Shown piece after piece: positions 20,449 through 30,742 of a stretch of DNA of 64,000 bases. This DNA is from Candidatus Bathyarchaeia archaeon. Its GTDB lineage: Archaea > Thermoproteota > Bathyarchaeia > 40CM-2-53-6. The notes under the pieces were generated by a model that searched no databases, had not been told where the DNA came from, and saw only the letters and a list, made by a program, of their open reading frames with translations. Location: the NCBI GenBank assembly GCA_049513715.1, contig JBEKVV010000007.1, positions 1 through 64,000 of the forward strand, read 5' to 3'. Position 1 is the first letter of the stretch; every line of letters starts with the position of its first letter. Position numbers and translations under genes: made by a program.

Positions 20449-22206
20449 ATGAGCGAAATCGATCCGGTCACGTTAAGCATACTGATGAACAAACTGACTT
20501 CGATCTCCGAAGAAATGAACCTGTATCTCGTCAAGGCGTCTTATTCCACGAATATCAAGGACAGAAGAGATTCCTCGACTGCGATCTACAAGGTAGACGG
20601 CGATATGTTAGCCCAAGGTGCGTTCGTTCCGGTCCACTTGGGGGTGATGCCGATTGCACTTAAGGAAGTGCTCCAGGAAGTACATCTGGACTCAATGAGA
20701 GCCGGCGACGTCATTATCCACAATGATGGGTACAAGGGGGGAACGCATCTAAATGACATCATACTCTACAAACCCATCTTCTACAAGAGCAAACCAATAG
20801 CTATAGCCGGAACTTGCGCCCATCACCCTGATGTCGGAGGAACACCTGACGCTCTTTCTGAGGGGTCGATTTTCTCCGAGGGAATACGACTCTCCGCCAT
20901 CAAACTTTTCAGAGCTGGGGAGCTCCAAGATGATGTCATGAGAATAATTTCTACAAACGTAAGGACGCCGCAAATAGTGAAAGGCGACATTCTAGCACAA
21001 TGCGCTGCGAACAATAGGTGCGAAGAAAGGATCTTGCAGTTGGCCGGCGAATATGGGGCCGAGATGACGCTGCAATACTTCGATGAACTTCTGGACTACT
21101 CGGAAAGGGGTATGAGGTCCGCGATAAGCAAACTACCCTCAATGGAAACTGAGTTTGAGGACTTCTCAGATTTTGATGGGGTCAACTTCAGGAAGGATCT
21201 GTTCAAGATCAGGCCCAAGATTAGAATTGTCGGAGACGAGGTCTATGTTAGCTTCGAAGACCCCCCGCCACCGGGTGCGGGAGGCGTCAACTCTCCTTGG
21301 TCACTGACACTCTCCGCCTGCTACTATGCCATCAAGGCGGTCGTGGGACCGACTGTTCCGACTAACGGGGGCGCATACAGACCAATACACGTGATTAAGC
21401 CTGAGAAGGAATCCATGCTTTGCGCCCAATTGCCACACGCCGTGAGAGGATGTACCAGTGAACCAGCCGAGAGAATAGTGGACGCGATAATTGGAGCATT
21501 CAGCAAGATATTGCCTGAGAGGGTCTGTGCCTGTGATGGGCACTGGCCTTCGGCCAGCTTCTTAGGCATTGATCCCAAGACGGGCGAGTTCTTCGCCTAC
21601 ATAGAAACATATGGTGGCGGGCGCGGCGCAAAATACAACGATGACGGTGCAGACGCACATCATACGCATATGACAAATACGAGGAATGCTGAAGTCGAAA
21701 TAATCGAAAGCGAGTATCCGCTGAGGGTGGATGCATACCGAATTGTCTCAGATACGGGTGGCCCCGGTCGCTTCAGAGGCGGGTGCGCTATGCGACGTGA
21801 GTTTACGATCTTAGCGAACGAAATTCAATCCAGTGCCGATGTGTACCGAACACTCACAGGCCCATACGGGCTTTTTGGTGGAAAACCTGGTGGAACGGCA
21901 AAATGCGGGATCATCTTCCCGGACGGGGAGGAGATATGCGGACACTACTTGAACAACAGTGTTCCAGCGAGTTCGAAGATGTACATTCAATCGAACGGAG
22001 GCGGCGGATATGGCGATCCACTAACGCGAGATTCCGAGAAAGTAATGTGGGACGTTCTGAACGAATATGTCAGCCTGAAGGCTGCAAAAGAAGAATATGG
22101 TGTGTTGATCGACTCTCGAAACTTTCAGGTAGACTTTGCGGCTACTGAAGCGGAAAGAAAAAGGCTGAGGGAACCCTCGGAAATCCTCACTCCAACGAAG
22201 ACGTAA
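20449..22206 (+). CDS. Hydantoinase B / oxoprolinase beta subunit
   Basis: IDPVTL, STNIKDRRD, GGTHLND, HHPDVGG, GGPGRFRGG, GGGGYGDP. Confidence 0.93.
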   Translation: MSEIDPVTLSILMNKLTSISEEMNLYLVKASYSTNIKDRRDSSTAIYKVDGDMLAQGAFVPVHLGVMPIALKEVLQEVHLDSMRAGDVIIHNDGYKGGTHLNDIILYKPIFYKSKPIAIAGTCAHHPDVGGTPDALSEGSIFSEGIRLSAIKLFRAGELQDDVMRIISTNVRTPQIVKGDILAQCAANNRCEERILQLAGEYGAEMTLQYFDELLDYSERGMRSAISKLPSMETEFEDFSDFDGVNFRKDLFKIRPKIRIVGDEVYVSFEDPPPPGAGGVNSPWSLTLSACYYAIKAVVGPTVPTNGGAYRPIHVIKPEKESMLCAQLPHAVRGCTSEPAERIVDAIIGAFSKILPERVCACDGHWPSASFLGIDPKTGEFFAYIETYGGGRGAKYNDDGADAHHTHMTNTRNAEVEIIESEYPLRVDAYRIVSDTGGPGRFRGGCAMRREFTILANEIQSSADVYRTLTGPYGLFGGKPGGTAKCGIIFPDGEEICGHYLNNSVPASSKMYIQSNGGGGYGDPLTRDSEKVMWDVLNEYVSLKAAKEEYGVLIDSRNFQVDFAATEAERKRLREPSEILTPTKT

Positions 22207-22467
22207 TTGCGATTTGCCGTGAACTGGTGAGTAGCAGACCACAATCTCGAGTGGGATAAGGGCTCGCTCGTGGTGCGCCGGATCTAGTCTTGTTTCCCTG
22301 CTAGGAATAATCGACTGAGCGCGCGGATGCCGCTTTCAGTCTTTCCAATTATCACATAGCGCACTTTCGCTTTCGCTTTCGGAAAAAGTCATGTTTGATA
22401 TTGCGCAACAACTCTTAACCTACGCATCATTTGTTGATTTCGCCGTTTTGAGGAAAAGGGATTCGAA

Positions 22468-23529
22468 ATGACTTCTCTCAGTTTTCTATTTCTTTCGCAG
22501 GAAGATGTCATTGAATGCGGAGGTCTTGACGCGCGCAAATGTGTGGAGACGATAGACAAAACTTTCAAGCTTCACGCGAAGGGCGAGACTCTAATGGGTG
22601 GGCCGAGCCGTCATGAACATGGAATATTGTTGAGTTGGCCAGGTGTCAACATTTCGACAGGCAAACGTATGATGGCCATGCCGGCCTGGGTTGGAGGAGA
22701 GTTCAACATGGCCGGCTGCAAATGGTATGGAGCCAACGTTCGAAACCCCACCGAACATAATCTGCCAAGGTCGTCACACATCATAACCCTGAACGATCCC
22801 GAGACAGGTATCCCTCTTGCGGTGATGGATGGTACGTTGATAAGTGCTATGAGGACCGGCGCTGCCGCCGCTGTGGGCGCCAAGTACCTGGCCAGAATTG
22901 ATTCAGAGATGGTGGCAATGCTGGGTGCAGGAGTAATTAATAGAACCACGCTCATGTGTGACATTCATGCGATGAAGAACTTGAAGAAAGTCAAGATCTT
23001 CGACATACGGAAGGAGAAGTCCAAAGCGTTTTCGCAGGAAATGAGCAGGAGGCTGGGGCTGGAGATTGAATGCACAGACAGCATGGAAGCGGCAATCAAG
23101 GATTCAGACGTATGCCACCTTGCCACCGCTGGGGAAAGTGATCCGACTCTTGAGTCCAGATGGTTCAGGGAAGGTTCAGTTCTTGATGCCGTTTCCGACT
23201 TCGTGGGATCGGATGACATTCTCCTGAGAGCAGACAGAGTTGTTGTCGATGACATAGAGATGCACCGAGCCATGGCACCCTACTCTCCAGAAAATCTCCT
23301 TTGCACGTTGATGATCCAAGGACGGATGAAATGGAATGATTTGGTTGAACTGGGAGCCGTAGCCATAGGCTCGAAACGAGGCAGACTGAGTGATGAAGAG
23401 AAGATAACCCTCTGTATAGAGGGGATGGCCATTGAAGACATAGCTTGGGCTTGCGCTGTGTACAAAGAGGCACTCAAGAGAGGATTCGGGAGAACCCTGG
23501 ATCTATACAAGGCGCCATTTGCAATTTAG
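22468..23529 (+). CDS. Ornithine cyclodeaminase / mu-crystallin family protein
   Basis: MAMPAWVGG, KWYG.N, ISAMRTGA, GAGVI, GMAIEDIA. Confidence 0.88.
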   Translation: MTSLSFLFLSQEDVIECGGLDARKCVETIDKTFKLHAKGETLMGGPSRHEHGILLSWPGVNISTGKRMMAMPAWVGGEFNMAGCKWYGANVRNPTEHNLPRSSHIITLNDPETGIPLAVMDGTLISAMRTGAAAAVGAKYLARIDSEMVAMLGAGVINRTTLMCDIHAMKNLKKVKIFDIRKEKSKAFSQEMSRRLGLEIECTDSMEAAIKDSDVCHLATAGESDPTLESRWFREGSVLDAVSDFVGSDDILLRADRVVVDDIEMHRAMAPYSPENLLCTLMIQGRMKWNDLVELGAVAIGSKRGRLSDEEKITLCIEGMAIEDIAWACAVYKEALKRGFGRTLDLYKAPFAI

Positions 23530-23743
23530 ACAAGAGAAATTGCACATCGTTACTCTAGGAAGGAATTCCCGACAGTTTGGGATCGACTTGGGTATGTTAG
23601 AAGTCCAGAACATAACTCCAGACCAAGTCATTCAGTACGCAACGGGCGTGTCAGACAACGGCGACACTGAATTTGCGAGCGTCTCAACCTAGGATATTCT
23701 TCAGTCTCAACATGCATTTAGAAAGACAATAGCGTGATACTAC

Positions 23744-24790
23744 ATGAAGCCCTTTCCGAGATTGACTAGGGATGAAGAAGAGAGGGCCACTGCTATTCAT
23801 CTTGAGGCTTTCGTGATAGACGGACTAACGGTGAGTTCACATTCAAGACAGCAATTCAGTAAGATGATTCAGGGCGGAGTTAACGCGGCGAATTGGACCA
23901 TCGCCGAACCAGAACACGACTTTAGACAATGTATCCACGACATCACAAGCTGGTATTCCCTTCTGAGGAGCAACGAAGACAAAACCACATTCGTCGTCAC
24001 CGCTCGCGATATACTACAAGCAAAGAAGGAGAAGAAGGTAGGGATAATCTTTGGGCTCCAAAATGCTAAGCCGATCGGAGACGAAATCGGCATCCTACAG
24101 GTTTTGCATCGGCTGGGCCTACGGATTATTCAGCTCACCTACAACGAGCGCAACTTCATTGGTGATGGTGCGGGCGAGAAGACAGACTGTGGACTGAGCT
24201 CTTTCGGAGAGAGAGTCGTTGAGGAGATGAATAGGCTAGGGATCCTCATCGATCTCTCTCACTGTGGAAGTAGAACGAGTATTGAGGCCATCGAGCTGTC
24301 AAAGGATCCGGTGGTTTTCTCGCATGCCGGCACAAGAAGACTCTGCAACAGCCCTCGCAATAAGGGCGATGAAGAATTGAAATCGATCGCTGAGAAAGGA
24401 GGTCTTGTTGGGGCGAACGCTTGGGGGCCTGTGATTTGGAGGAAGGAAAGGCAGCAGCCGACGATTGACGACTTCCTGAATCACATAGATTACCTCGTCC
24501 GCCTGATTGGGGTAGATCATGTTGGAATTGGGCTTGATCTGTCAGAGGGCACGGGAAGTCAACTCTCGGGCGCGGGAGAAGCGGAGTGGGAAGTCTACAA
24601 GGCGAAGTATCCGCAAATCATCCCACCTTGGCTTACAGTTGAAATGGAGTATGCTGCGGAACTCAAAAGCCATCTTCAAGTTCCAAACATAACGAGAGGA
24701 TTGGTGTGCCGAGGATATTCAGACAAGGAGATAAGGGGCATTTTGGGGGCCAACTTCTTGCGGATCTTCGAGAAGGTGTGGAAACAATGA
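23744..24790 (+). CDS. Membrane dipeptidase (peptidase M19) family protein
   Basis: QLTYNERN, MNRLGILIDLSH, SHAG, PRNK.DE, HVGIGLD. Confidence 0.88.
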   Translation: MKPFPRLTRDEEERATAIHLEAFVIDGLTVSSHSRQQFSKMIQGGVNAANWTIAEPEHDFRQCIHDITSWYSLLRSNEDKTTFVVTARDILQAKKEKKVGIIFGLQNAKPIGDEIGILQVLHRLGLRIIQLTYNERNFIGDGAGEKTDCGLSSFGERVVEEMNRLGILIDLSHCGSRTSIEAIELSKDPVVFSHAGTRRLCNSPRNKGDEELKSIAEKGGLVGANAWGPVIWRKERQQPTIDDFLNHIDYLVRLIGVDHVGIGLDLSEGTGSQLSGAGEAEWEVYKAKYPQIIPPWLTVEMEYAAELKSHLQVPNITRGLVCRGYSDKEIRGILGANFLRIFEKVWKQ

Positions 24791-24988
24791 CCCGGGCATT
24801 TGTGTTTTGAACGGAGTGTCATCCGACTCGTTATGCTGATTGTTAGAAGATAGACTACTTCCTGACGTGCGTCGATGATCAGTTTTTTCCAATGGAGAGG
24901 TGCTTCTAAGGGCTTCGTCTATGTTCGTGAATAAGAACGAATCGGAAGTCTGAAAAGCAAAACACCATCAGGGTGTTGCTGTTCGCTT

Positions 24989-25642
24989 ATGCTAAGGATC
25001 AACAGGAATTTCGAGCGGGTTGATGGAAAACTAGTTGAAGCATACAAGAGACTATCCGTCTCGACTTTGGGTCATTTTACAGATATGTTGTTCATTAAGA
25101 GCCTGCGACCGAACAGGGACAGAGTGAAATTAGTCGGCCCAGCTCTTACTGTCAAGATCCCACATCTGGACTCGACTGCCGTACATGTTGCGCTTGATTA
25201 CGTAAAACCTGGCGACGTCGTCGTGGTAAGCATGTCGGGTGACATAGAGAGAGCTTGTTGGGGTGGATTTGTGACATACGGTGCAGTCAAGAAAAAGGTG
25301 GCTGGCGCAATCATAGATGGCAGAATTTGCGACCTCAGAGAGATCGATTCCCTTAACTTTCCCGTGTTTAGCAGAGGGGCGAGTCCTATGACTACTAGGA
25401 TAATGGGACTGGAGGGCGAGATTGGCGGTACGATTGCGGTAGACCAGGTATCCATAAGGGCTGGAGACCTGATTTTTGCAGACGAAGATGGTATAGCAGT
25501 TTTAGACAAAAGGAACGCTGAGAGCTACCATAATATCATTGAAGAAGCGGAGAGATCTGAAATCGCAGAGAAAGCACGCATGGACAGGGGAGAATCGCCT
25601 GCAGCGATAAGCGGAGCAGACAAATACGTAACACGAACATGA
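24989..25642 (+). CDS. RraA/HMG-aldolase family protein
   Basis: VGPALTV, PGDVVVV, ACWGG, IDG.ICD, GDLIFADEDG. Confidence 0.88.
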   Translation: MLRINRNFERVDGKLVEAYKRLSVSTLGHFTDMLFIKSLRPNRDRVKLVGPALTVKIPHLDSTAVHVALDYVKPGDVVVVSMSGDIERACWGGFVTYGAVKKKVAGAIIDGRICDLREIDSLNFPVFSRGASPMTTRIMGLEGEIGGTIAVDQVSIRAGDLIFADEDGIAVLDKRNAESYHNIIEEAERSEIAEKARMDRGESPAAISGADKYVTRT

Positions 25643-25664
25643 TTAGAAATGCGGATGAGTTTGT

Positions 25665-26462
25665 ATGATAAGGTTAGCTGCTGTACAACTGGAATCCTCG
25701 AGGATTAAGGGCGAAAACCTAACCAAAATGAGGAAGTGGGTCGGAAAGATCAGCAAATTCGAACCCGACCTGATTGTTTTCCCGGAAGAGTACATGTTCT
25801 ACTCTGTCGACGAATCCCCTAAGGTCATATACCGAAAAGCAGAAAGTTTGGATGGCCCATGGGTCCGCTCAGTTGCGAGGATCGCGAAAGATCACAATAC
25901 CTCCATTATTGTGGGAACGTACGAGAGAGAGGAGAAGACGAGGCGTGTATTCAACACTACAGTGTATGTGGATTCCAATGGTGAGTTGCAGCACGTATAC
26001 AGGAAAACGCATCTGTATGACGCTTTTGATTACAAAGAATCTGACGAAATCGCGCCCGGCGATGGTCCCCTCAATCTTGTAACTCTCAAAGACATCAAGT
26101 TCGGCCTGTGCGTTTGTTACGAGGTAAGATTTCCGGAAGTGGCGCGAACATACGCTCTTGCCGGAGCCGACCTCCTAGTGATTCCGACGGCTTGGGTTAG
26201 AGGGCTTCTCAAAGAGGAGCACCTCTTGACAATGGCAAAGGCTAGAAGTATCGAGAATACGATGTACGTTGCAATATCGGCTTTGATTGGTGGTATTTAC
26301 ACGGGAATAAGCGTCATCTTTGATCCGATGGGTGTGCCAATCTGTCGAGCGACTGACACCGAATCGTTCATCATAGCCAACATAAACAGGCATAGAATCA
26401 ATGAAGTAAGAAACCGGCTCCCTCTACTGAACCAGAGAAGAAGCAATCTCTACAAACTCTGA
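25665..26462 (+). CDS. Carbon-nitrogen hydrolase (nitrilase family, Nit1-like)
   Basis: FPEE, YRKTHLYD and CYEVRFPE carry the E-K-C triad. Confidence 0.92.
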   Translation: MIRLAAVQLESSRIKGENLTKMRKWVGKISKFEPDLIVFPEEYMFYSVDESPKVIYRKAESLDGPWVRSVARIAKDHNTSIIVGTYEREEKTRRVFNTTVYVDSNGELQHVYRKTHLYDAFDYKESDEIAPGDGPLNLVTLKDIKFGLCVCYEVRFPEVARTYALAGADLLVIPTAWVRGLLKEEHLLTMAKARSIENTMYVAISALIGGIYTGISVIFDPMGVPICRATDTESFIIANINRHRINEVRNRLPLLNQRRSNLYKL

Positions 26463-26502
26463 AATAAACAAATCACGGCATTATTCATAAAGGGGTGAAA
26501 TC

Positions 26503-27282
26503 GTGTCGGATCTTGAGGGAGAAGTTACTGCCATAATTGATGGCTTGAAAGGAAAGATAGGAGTCGCCGTCGCCGAGTTGCCCGACGGGCCGGAAATCAT
26601 GATCGACGCCGAGGAGCCTTACCGGGCCGCAAGCGTCATCAAAGTTCCAATCCTTTACGAGTTGTACCGCAAGCATGAGAATGGAAATCTGAATCTTGCG
26701 GCCACGCACGACGTCAGCGAGAGTAACCTCTGCCTTGGGAGTGGCGTTATCAGGAGCCTGCACAGATCGCTGAACCTAACGCTGAAAGATCTTGCCACCT
26801 TGATGATAATCGTTAGCGACAACAGCGCGACCAACGAATTGATCGATCTCGTCTCCATGAAGGATGTCAACTCAACCATGCAAAGCATAGGTCTTCGGCA
26901 CACAACCCTCAAACGTAAGATGCTTGGCCTTGCAGGCGGCGATGTTCCTTATGATCAGGACAATCTCATGAGTCCATCTGATTCAATTCTGCTTCTCAAA
27001 GAAATTTACTCTGCAAAGCACTTGACCAAGAACTCATGCGACTCCATGTTGGATATTATGAAAGAGCAGCAGTTCACCGAAAACATCCCACGGTATTTGC
27101 CAGAGGATGTTGTCTTTGCAGCAAAGAGCGGAACAGTGAAAGGTGTATCGAATGATGTGGCTGTTATCTATCTAAGAAAGGCAATCGGAATTTCGGTTAT
27201 GTGTAATGACCTTAAACACTACGCTTATGGCTCGGACGCTATCGCCAAAATCGGCCGCGCTGTTTACAGATACTATTCATAA
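26503..27282 (+). CDS. Serine hydrolase, class A beta-lactamase-like fold, no signal peptide
   Basis: AASVIK (SxxK), SDN and KSG motifs. Confidence 0.88.
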   Translation: MSDLEGEVTAIIDGLKGKIGVAVAELPDGPEIMIDAEEPYRAASVIKVPILYELYRKHENGNLNLAATHDVSESNLCLGSGVIRSLHRSLNLTLKDLATLMIIVSDNSATNELIDLVSMKDVNSTMQSIGLRHTTLKRKMLGLAGGDVPYDQDNLMSPSDSILLLKEIYSAKHLTKNSCDSMLDIMKEQQFTENIPRYLPEDVVFAAKSGTVKGVSNDVAVIYLRKAIGISVMCNDLKHYAYGSDAIAKIGRAVYRYYS

Positions 27283-27415
27283 TTGATCCGAGACCTACGA
27301 GATCGTACCGATCCCTCCCGGAGAACCTTAGAATCAACAATATACTGTTCTTACAATATTCTTTTACTCCTCTGACACCGTTTTCAAGCGTGCGTGTAAC
27401 GCAGCGCTGATCGTC

Positions 27416-28621
27416 ATGAAAGTCGTTGTTCTGGGAGGGGCAGGATTGACCGGCAAATGCGCCGTCAGAGATTTGATTGAGAGTCCTGAAGTTTCTGAGG
27501 TCCTTGTAGGAGACGTAGACTCAGAACGGCTAGGGAAATTCGTCTCCATCCTCGGGAGCAGCAAGGTGACGGCGGAGGTTGTAGACGTGAGAAACCACGA
27601 CAGCTTGGTCTCACTGCTAAAGGGAGCGAATGTTACTGTGAATGCGGTTCAGTACTACTTCAATCTGGACGTTATGAAAGCTGCCTTGATGGCACGGACA
27701 CATTACGTCGACCTAGGCGGCCTGTACCACATGACCAAGAGACAGCTGGAACTGGACAAGGATTTCAGGAAAGCTGGTCTCACAGCCGTTGTGGGAATGG
27801 GGTGCGTACCAGGAATCTCCAATGCAATGGCGCGTTGGGCCGTAGATAGGCTTGACTCGGTCGATACGATTCGAATCAGGGACGGATGGAGAGATTTCAC
27901 TCCAAATGCTCCGAGATTTGTGGCGACTTGGTCGATACAGACGTTTACAGATGAGTTCACGCAGAATGCCGTAATATTCGAAAACGGGCAACTGAGAGAA
28001 ATACCTCCCCTAACTCTTGCGGAGAAGGTTGCTCTGCCTCCTCCTATTGGAGAAATAGAAGCTTTCACAACACTTCACTCCGAGCTCGCCACTTTTCCAA
28101 CCTCATTCAAGGAGAAGGGAATAAAGAACGTCAATTGGAAAGAAGGTGGCCCGAAAGGCTGGCATCTCGACTACGAACTGATAGTCGCACTTGGCTTAAT
28201 GAGAGATGAACCGTTGAGAGTAGCAGACCGAGTTTTTGTTTCTCCGAGGCAGTTTTTCTTGAAACAGCTGGCACATAACAATCTTCTAGGGCATCCTGAA
28301 GACGTTGTCCCAGATGATTGGGAATGTTCACGAGTAGAAGTGCTTGGCAAGAAAAACGGGAAAAGCGCGGAAATGCAACTTGAGGTGCTCTACTCGGCCA
28401 AGAAGGAATGGAAGGCTAGCTCTGCGCAGTATGGCGTGGGCATACCAGCATCCATTGTCTCACAGATGCTTTGCGAAGGCCAAATCCAGAAAGCAGGTGT
28501 TCTTCCACCAGAGAACTGTGTCGATCCGACCATTCTATTCAAGGAGTTAGAAAAACGAAACATGCCTATTATGATCCGAGGGCCGGCCGGCATGGTGAGC
28601 TGGTCGACTTCTGGAGCATGA
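27416..28621 (+). CDS. Saccharopine dehydrogenase / carboxynorspermidine synthase-like oxidoreductase
   Basis: LGGAGLTG, HYVDLGG, GMGCVPGISN, HSELAT, GVLPPE. Confidence 0.85.
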   Translation: MKVVVLGGAGLTGKCAVRDLIESPEVSEVLVGDVDSERLGKFVSILGSSKVTAEVVDVRNHDSLVSLLKGANVTVNAVQYYFNLDVMKAALMARTHYVDLGGLYHMTKRQLELDKDFRKAGLTAVVGMGCVPGISNAMARWAVDRLDSVDTIRIRDGWRDFTPNAPRFVATWSIQTFTDEFTQNAVIFENGQLREIPPLTLAEKVALPPPIGEIEAFTTLHSELATFPTSFKEKGIKNVNWKEGGPKGWHLDYELIVALGLMRDEPLRVADRVFVSPRQFFLKQLAHNNLLGHPEDVVPDDWECSRVEVLGKKNGKSAEMQLEVLYSAKKEWKASSAQYGVGIPASIVSQMLCEGQIQKAGVLPPENCVDPTILFKELEKRNMPIMIRGPAGMVSWSTSGA

Positions 28622-29514
28622 TGCGCGGGCGGTTTTTGTCTCTGGAACTCTGGTTCGTCCTTGCAATAGCAGTTGTCTTCTTGTGGGGCTGCGACGGGAT
28701 ACTTGCCAAAGTAAGCACTCCCAAACTTGGTGTGATGCGCGTTGCAATCCTCATGGCTGTCGTCAGCGGGACGACGTATCTGTTAGGTTTCCTTTGCTGG
28801 CGCAACAACCTACGCATAGGTCTCGAAGATGCTGGGTTGGCTGGAATTTCATGCGTTGTTGGCGCTGTTGCATATCTTTGCTTCTTCGAATCCATCTTGG
28901 ATGGTCAGGTCGCGACTGTAGGGACAATATCAGCGGGCTACCCTGCCCTGACCGTGCTCGGCGCAATTTTCTTCCTGTCGGAGACTCTGAAAATCTTCCA
29001 GTTAGCAGCTATAGTCGCCATTATTGGTGGTGTAGTAGGTTTGTCGTATGAGCCGAACCCTAGTTCAGAGCATTCTATGCCGAGGAGATCTCTGTTCTTT
29101 GCGTTGCTCGCGTTCGCGCTTTGGGGAGTCTGGGGATTAACATCCAAAATGGCGATCAGCGCGGTGGGTGCTGGGAACATCTTCGGATTCTACATCATCT
29201 CATCGCTCACCGCGCCATCCATCTATGCGATTTATCGATTGGCAAAGCCTCGAGAATCTGGAGACATCAAACCTCCACGAGCTGCTTGGATTTATGGTGC
29301 GGCCGGGCTTGCCCTCAATTCGTGCGGTGTTTTCGCTTTCTCATTTGCTCTGAAGGTGGGATCTGCATCGCTTGTAGGGCCGATTACCGGAGCCTACCCC
29401 CTTGTAACGGTAATACTGGCTGTAGTGTTGCTGCACGAGAAATTAGATCGGCTTCACATAATCCCGCTCGTCCTCGTCATTATCGGTCTCATAGCGCTTG
29501 GGATCACGAGTTGA
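28618..29514 (+). CDS. EamA/DMT family transporter
   Basis: Duplicated 5-TM repeats (LWG...YPALTV...LSE; LWG...YPLVTV...LHEK). Confidence 0.88.
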   Translation: MMRGRFLSLELWFVLAIAVVFLWGCDGILAKVSTPKLGVMRVAILMAVVSGTTYLLGFLCWRNNLRIGLEDAGLAGISCVVGAVAYLCFFESILDGQVATVGTISAGYPALTVLGAIFFLSETLKIFQLAAIVAIIGGVVGLSYEPNPSSEHSMPRRSLFFALLAFALWGVWGLTSKMAISAVGAGNIFGFYIISSLTAPSIYAIYRLAKPRESGDIKPPRAAWIYGAAGLALNSCGVFAFSFALKVGSASLVGPITGAYPLVTVILAVVLLHEKLDRLHIIPLVLVIIGLIALGITS

Positions 29515-29617
29515 AGTTCATGCAAACAAGTGGAGGAGGGAAAGATCTTCGTCCTCTTATTACCCCCCGCGGAGCCGAATTTCAATTTAGCACAGACACG
29601 GGGCGGGGCTGTTGGCC

Positions 29618-29667
29618 TTATATGTACCGGTAAATTGGGGTCAAAATCCCTTTGCCCCATCTCTGAA
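29618..29667 (+). repeat. Family B direct repeat, copy 6
   Basis: TTATATGTACCGGTAAATTGGGGTCAAAATCCCTTTGCCCCATCTCTGAA. Confidence 0.9.
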
Positions 29668-29762
29668 TACAAATTATGTGGGTTCAAAGGTGGGTGTAAA
29701 GCTGAACTCCCTGCACCGCAGATTCACTCCCGAAGATCTGCCACACAGCGAAAAACTAGTGG

Positions 29763-30734
29763 CTAGTTGTGTTTGGACAGAACTGTTCGTAGGGTGTTCA
29801 GAGAAATGTTGGCGCCGCTTACAATCACCACTACTTTCTCTCCCACTTTGAGCTTGGCCTTCTCAAGTAATGCAGCGATGGCGGCTGCTGCTGAGGGTTC
29901 GATTACCAAGTGGCACTCCTTCATTACTGTGAATACAGCGTTCTGAATTTGTTCCTCGCTGACGAGTAGGATTTCGTCGACGTTCTGTTTTGCGATTTGG
30001 AAGGTCAGTTGACCCGGCGCCCGAGTTGCCAACCCATCTGCGATTGAACTTGTATCAGCTAGGCGCGTGATTTTTCCTGTTTTGATTGATTGGTACATGG
30101 ATGATGCTTTCTCGGGTTCAACCCCGATAACCTTCGCTGCAGGCTTCAGGCTCTTGATAGCCGTGGAAATACCTGAGATGAGCCCACCACCCCCGATCGG
30201 TACGATGACTGTATTCACGCTTGGTAGGTCTTCAAGGATTTCCAGGCCAATTGTCCCTTGCCCAGCAATTATGTCCGGGTCATCGAACGGTGGAATCATC
30301 AGGGTGCCTGTGGCCTTCTGAATCTCCAGCGCCTTACTGAACCGCTCATCATGAAACAACCCATGCTTGATTACTTTGGCTCCGTACTCTTCAATGGCGT
30401 TTACTTTCTCCTGAACAGCGTTCGTTGGGACGACTATAGTCGCATTTGCACCAACCAGTTTCGCCATGTAGGACACGGCTAGCCCATGGTTGCCAGATGA
30501 CGCTGCAACAAACCCAAGCTTTCTTTCCTCTGGGCTAAGCTTGAGGATCTTGTTCGCTGCGCCGCGAATTTTGAAGACCCGTATGGGTTGGTAGTTTTCG
30601 AGTTTAAGGTACACGTTCGCTTTCGTTAACGCGCTTAGCCTAGGCGAATAGTACAATGGCGTCCTGTAGGCCACGTTTGCGATTCTGCGCCTTGCTTCTT
30701 GAATGGTGCTCAAAGTTACGGGAAGCTGACTCAT
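29763..30734 (-). CDS. PLP-dependent threonine/serine dehydratase
   Basis: LKLEN.Q...FKIRGA, SSGNHG, GQGTIGLE, PIGGGGLISG, SIADGL. Confidence 0.9.
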   Translation of the reverse strand: MSQLPVTLSTIQEARRRIANVAYRTPLYYSPRLSALTKANVYLKLENYQPIRVFKIRGAANKILKLSPEERKLGFVAASSGNHGLAVSYMAKLVGANATIVVPTNAVQEKVNAIEEYGAKVIKHGLFHDERFSKALEIQKATGTLMIPPFDDPDIIAGQGTIGLEILEDLPSVNTVIVPIGGGGLISGISTAIKSLKPAAKVIGVEPEKASSMYQSIKTGKITRLADTSSIADGLATRAPGQLTFQIAKQNVDEILLVSEEQIQNAVFTVMKECHLVIEPSAAAAIAALLEKAKLKVGEKVVVIVSGANISLNTLRTVLSKHN

Positions 30735-30742
30735 CGCCCTTG

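Noticed and set aside
4808..29667. Family B repeats as a CRISPR array
   Set aside because: Spacing is 0.4-19 kb with whole genes in between, and no cas genes are present.
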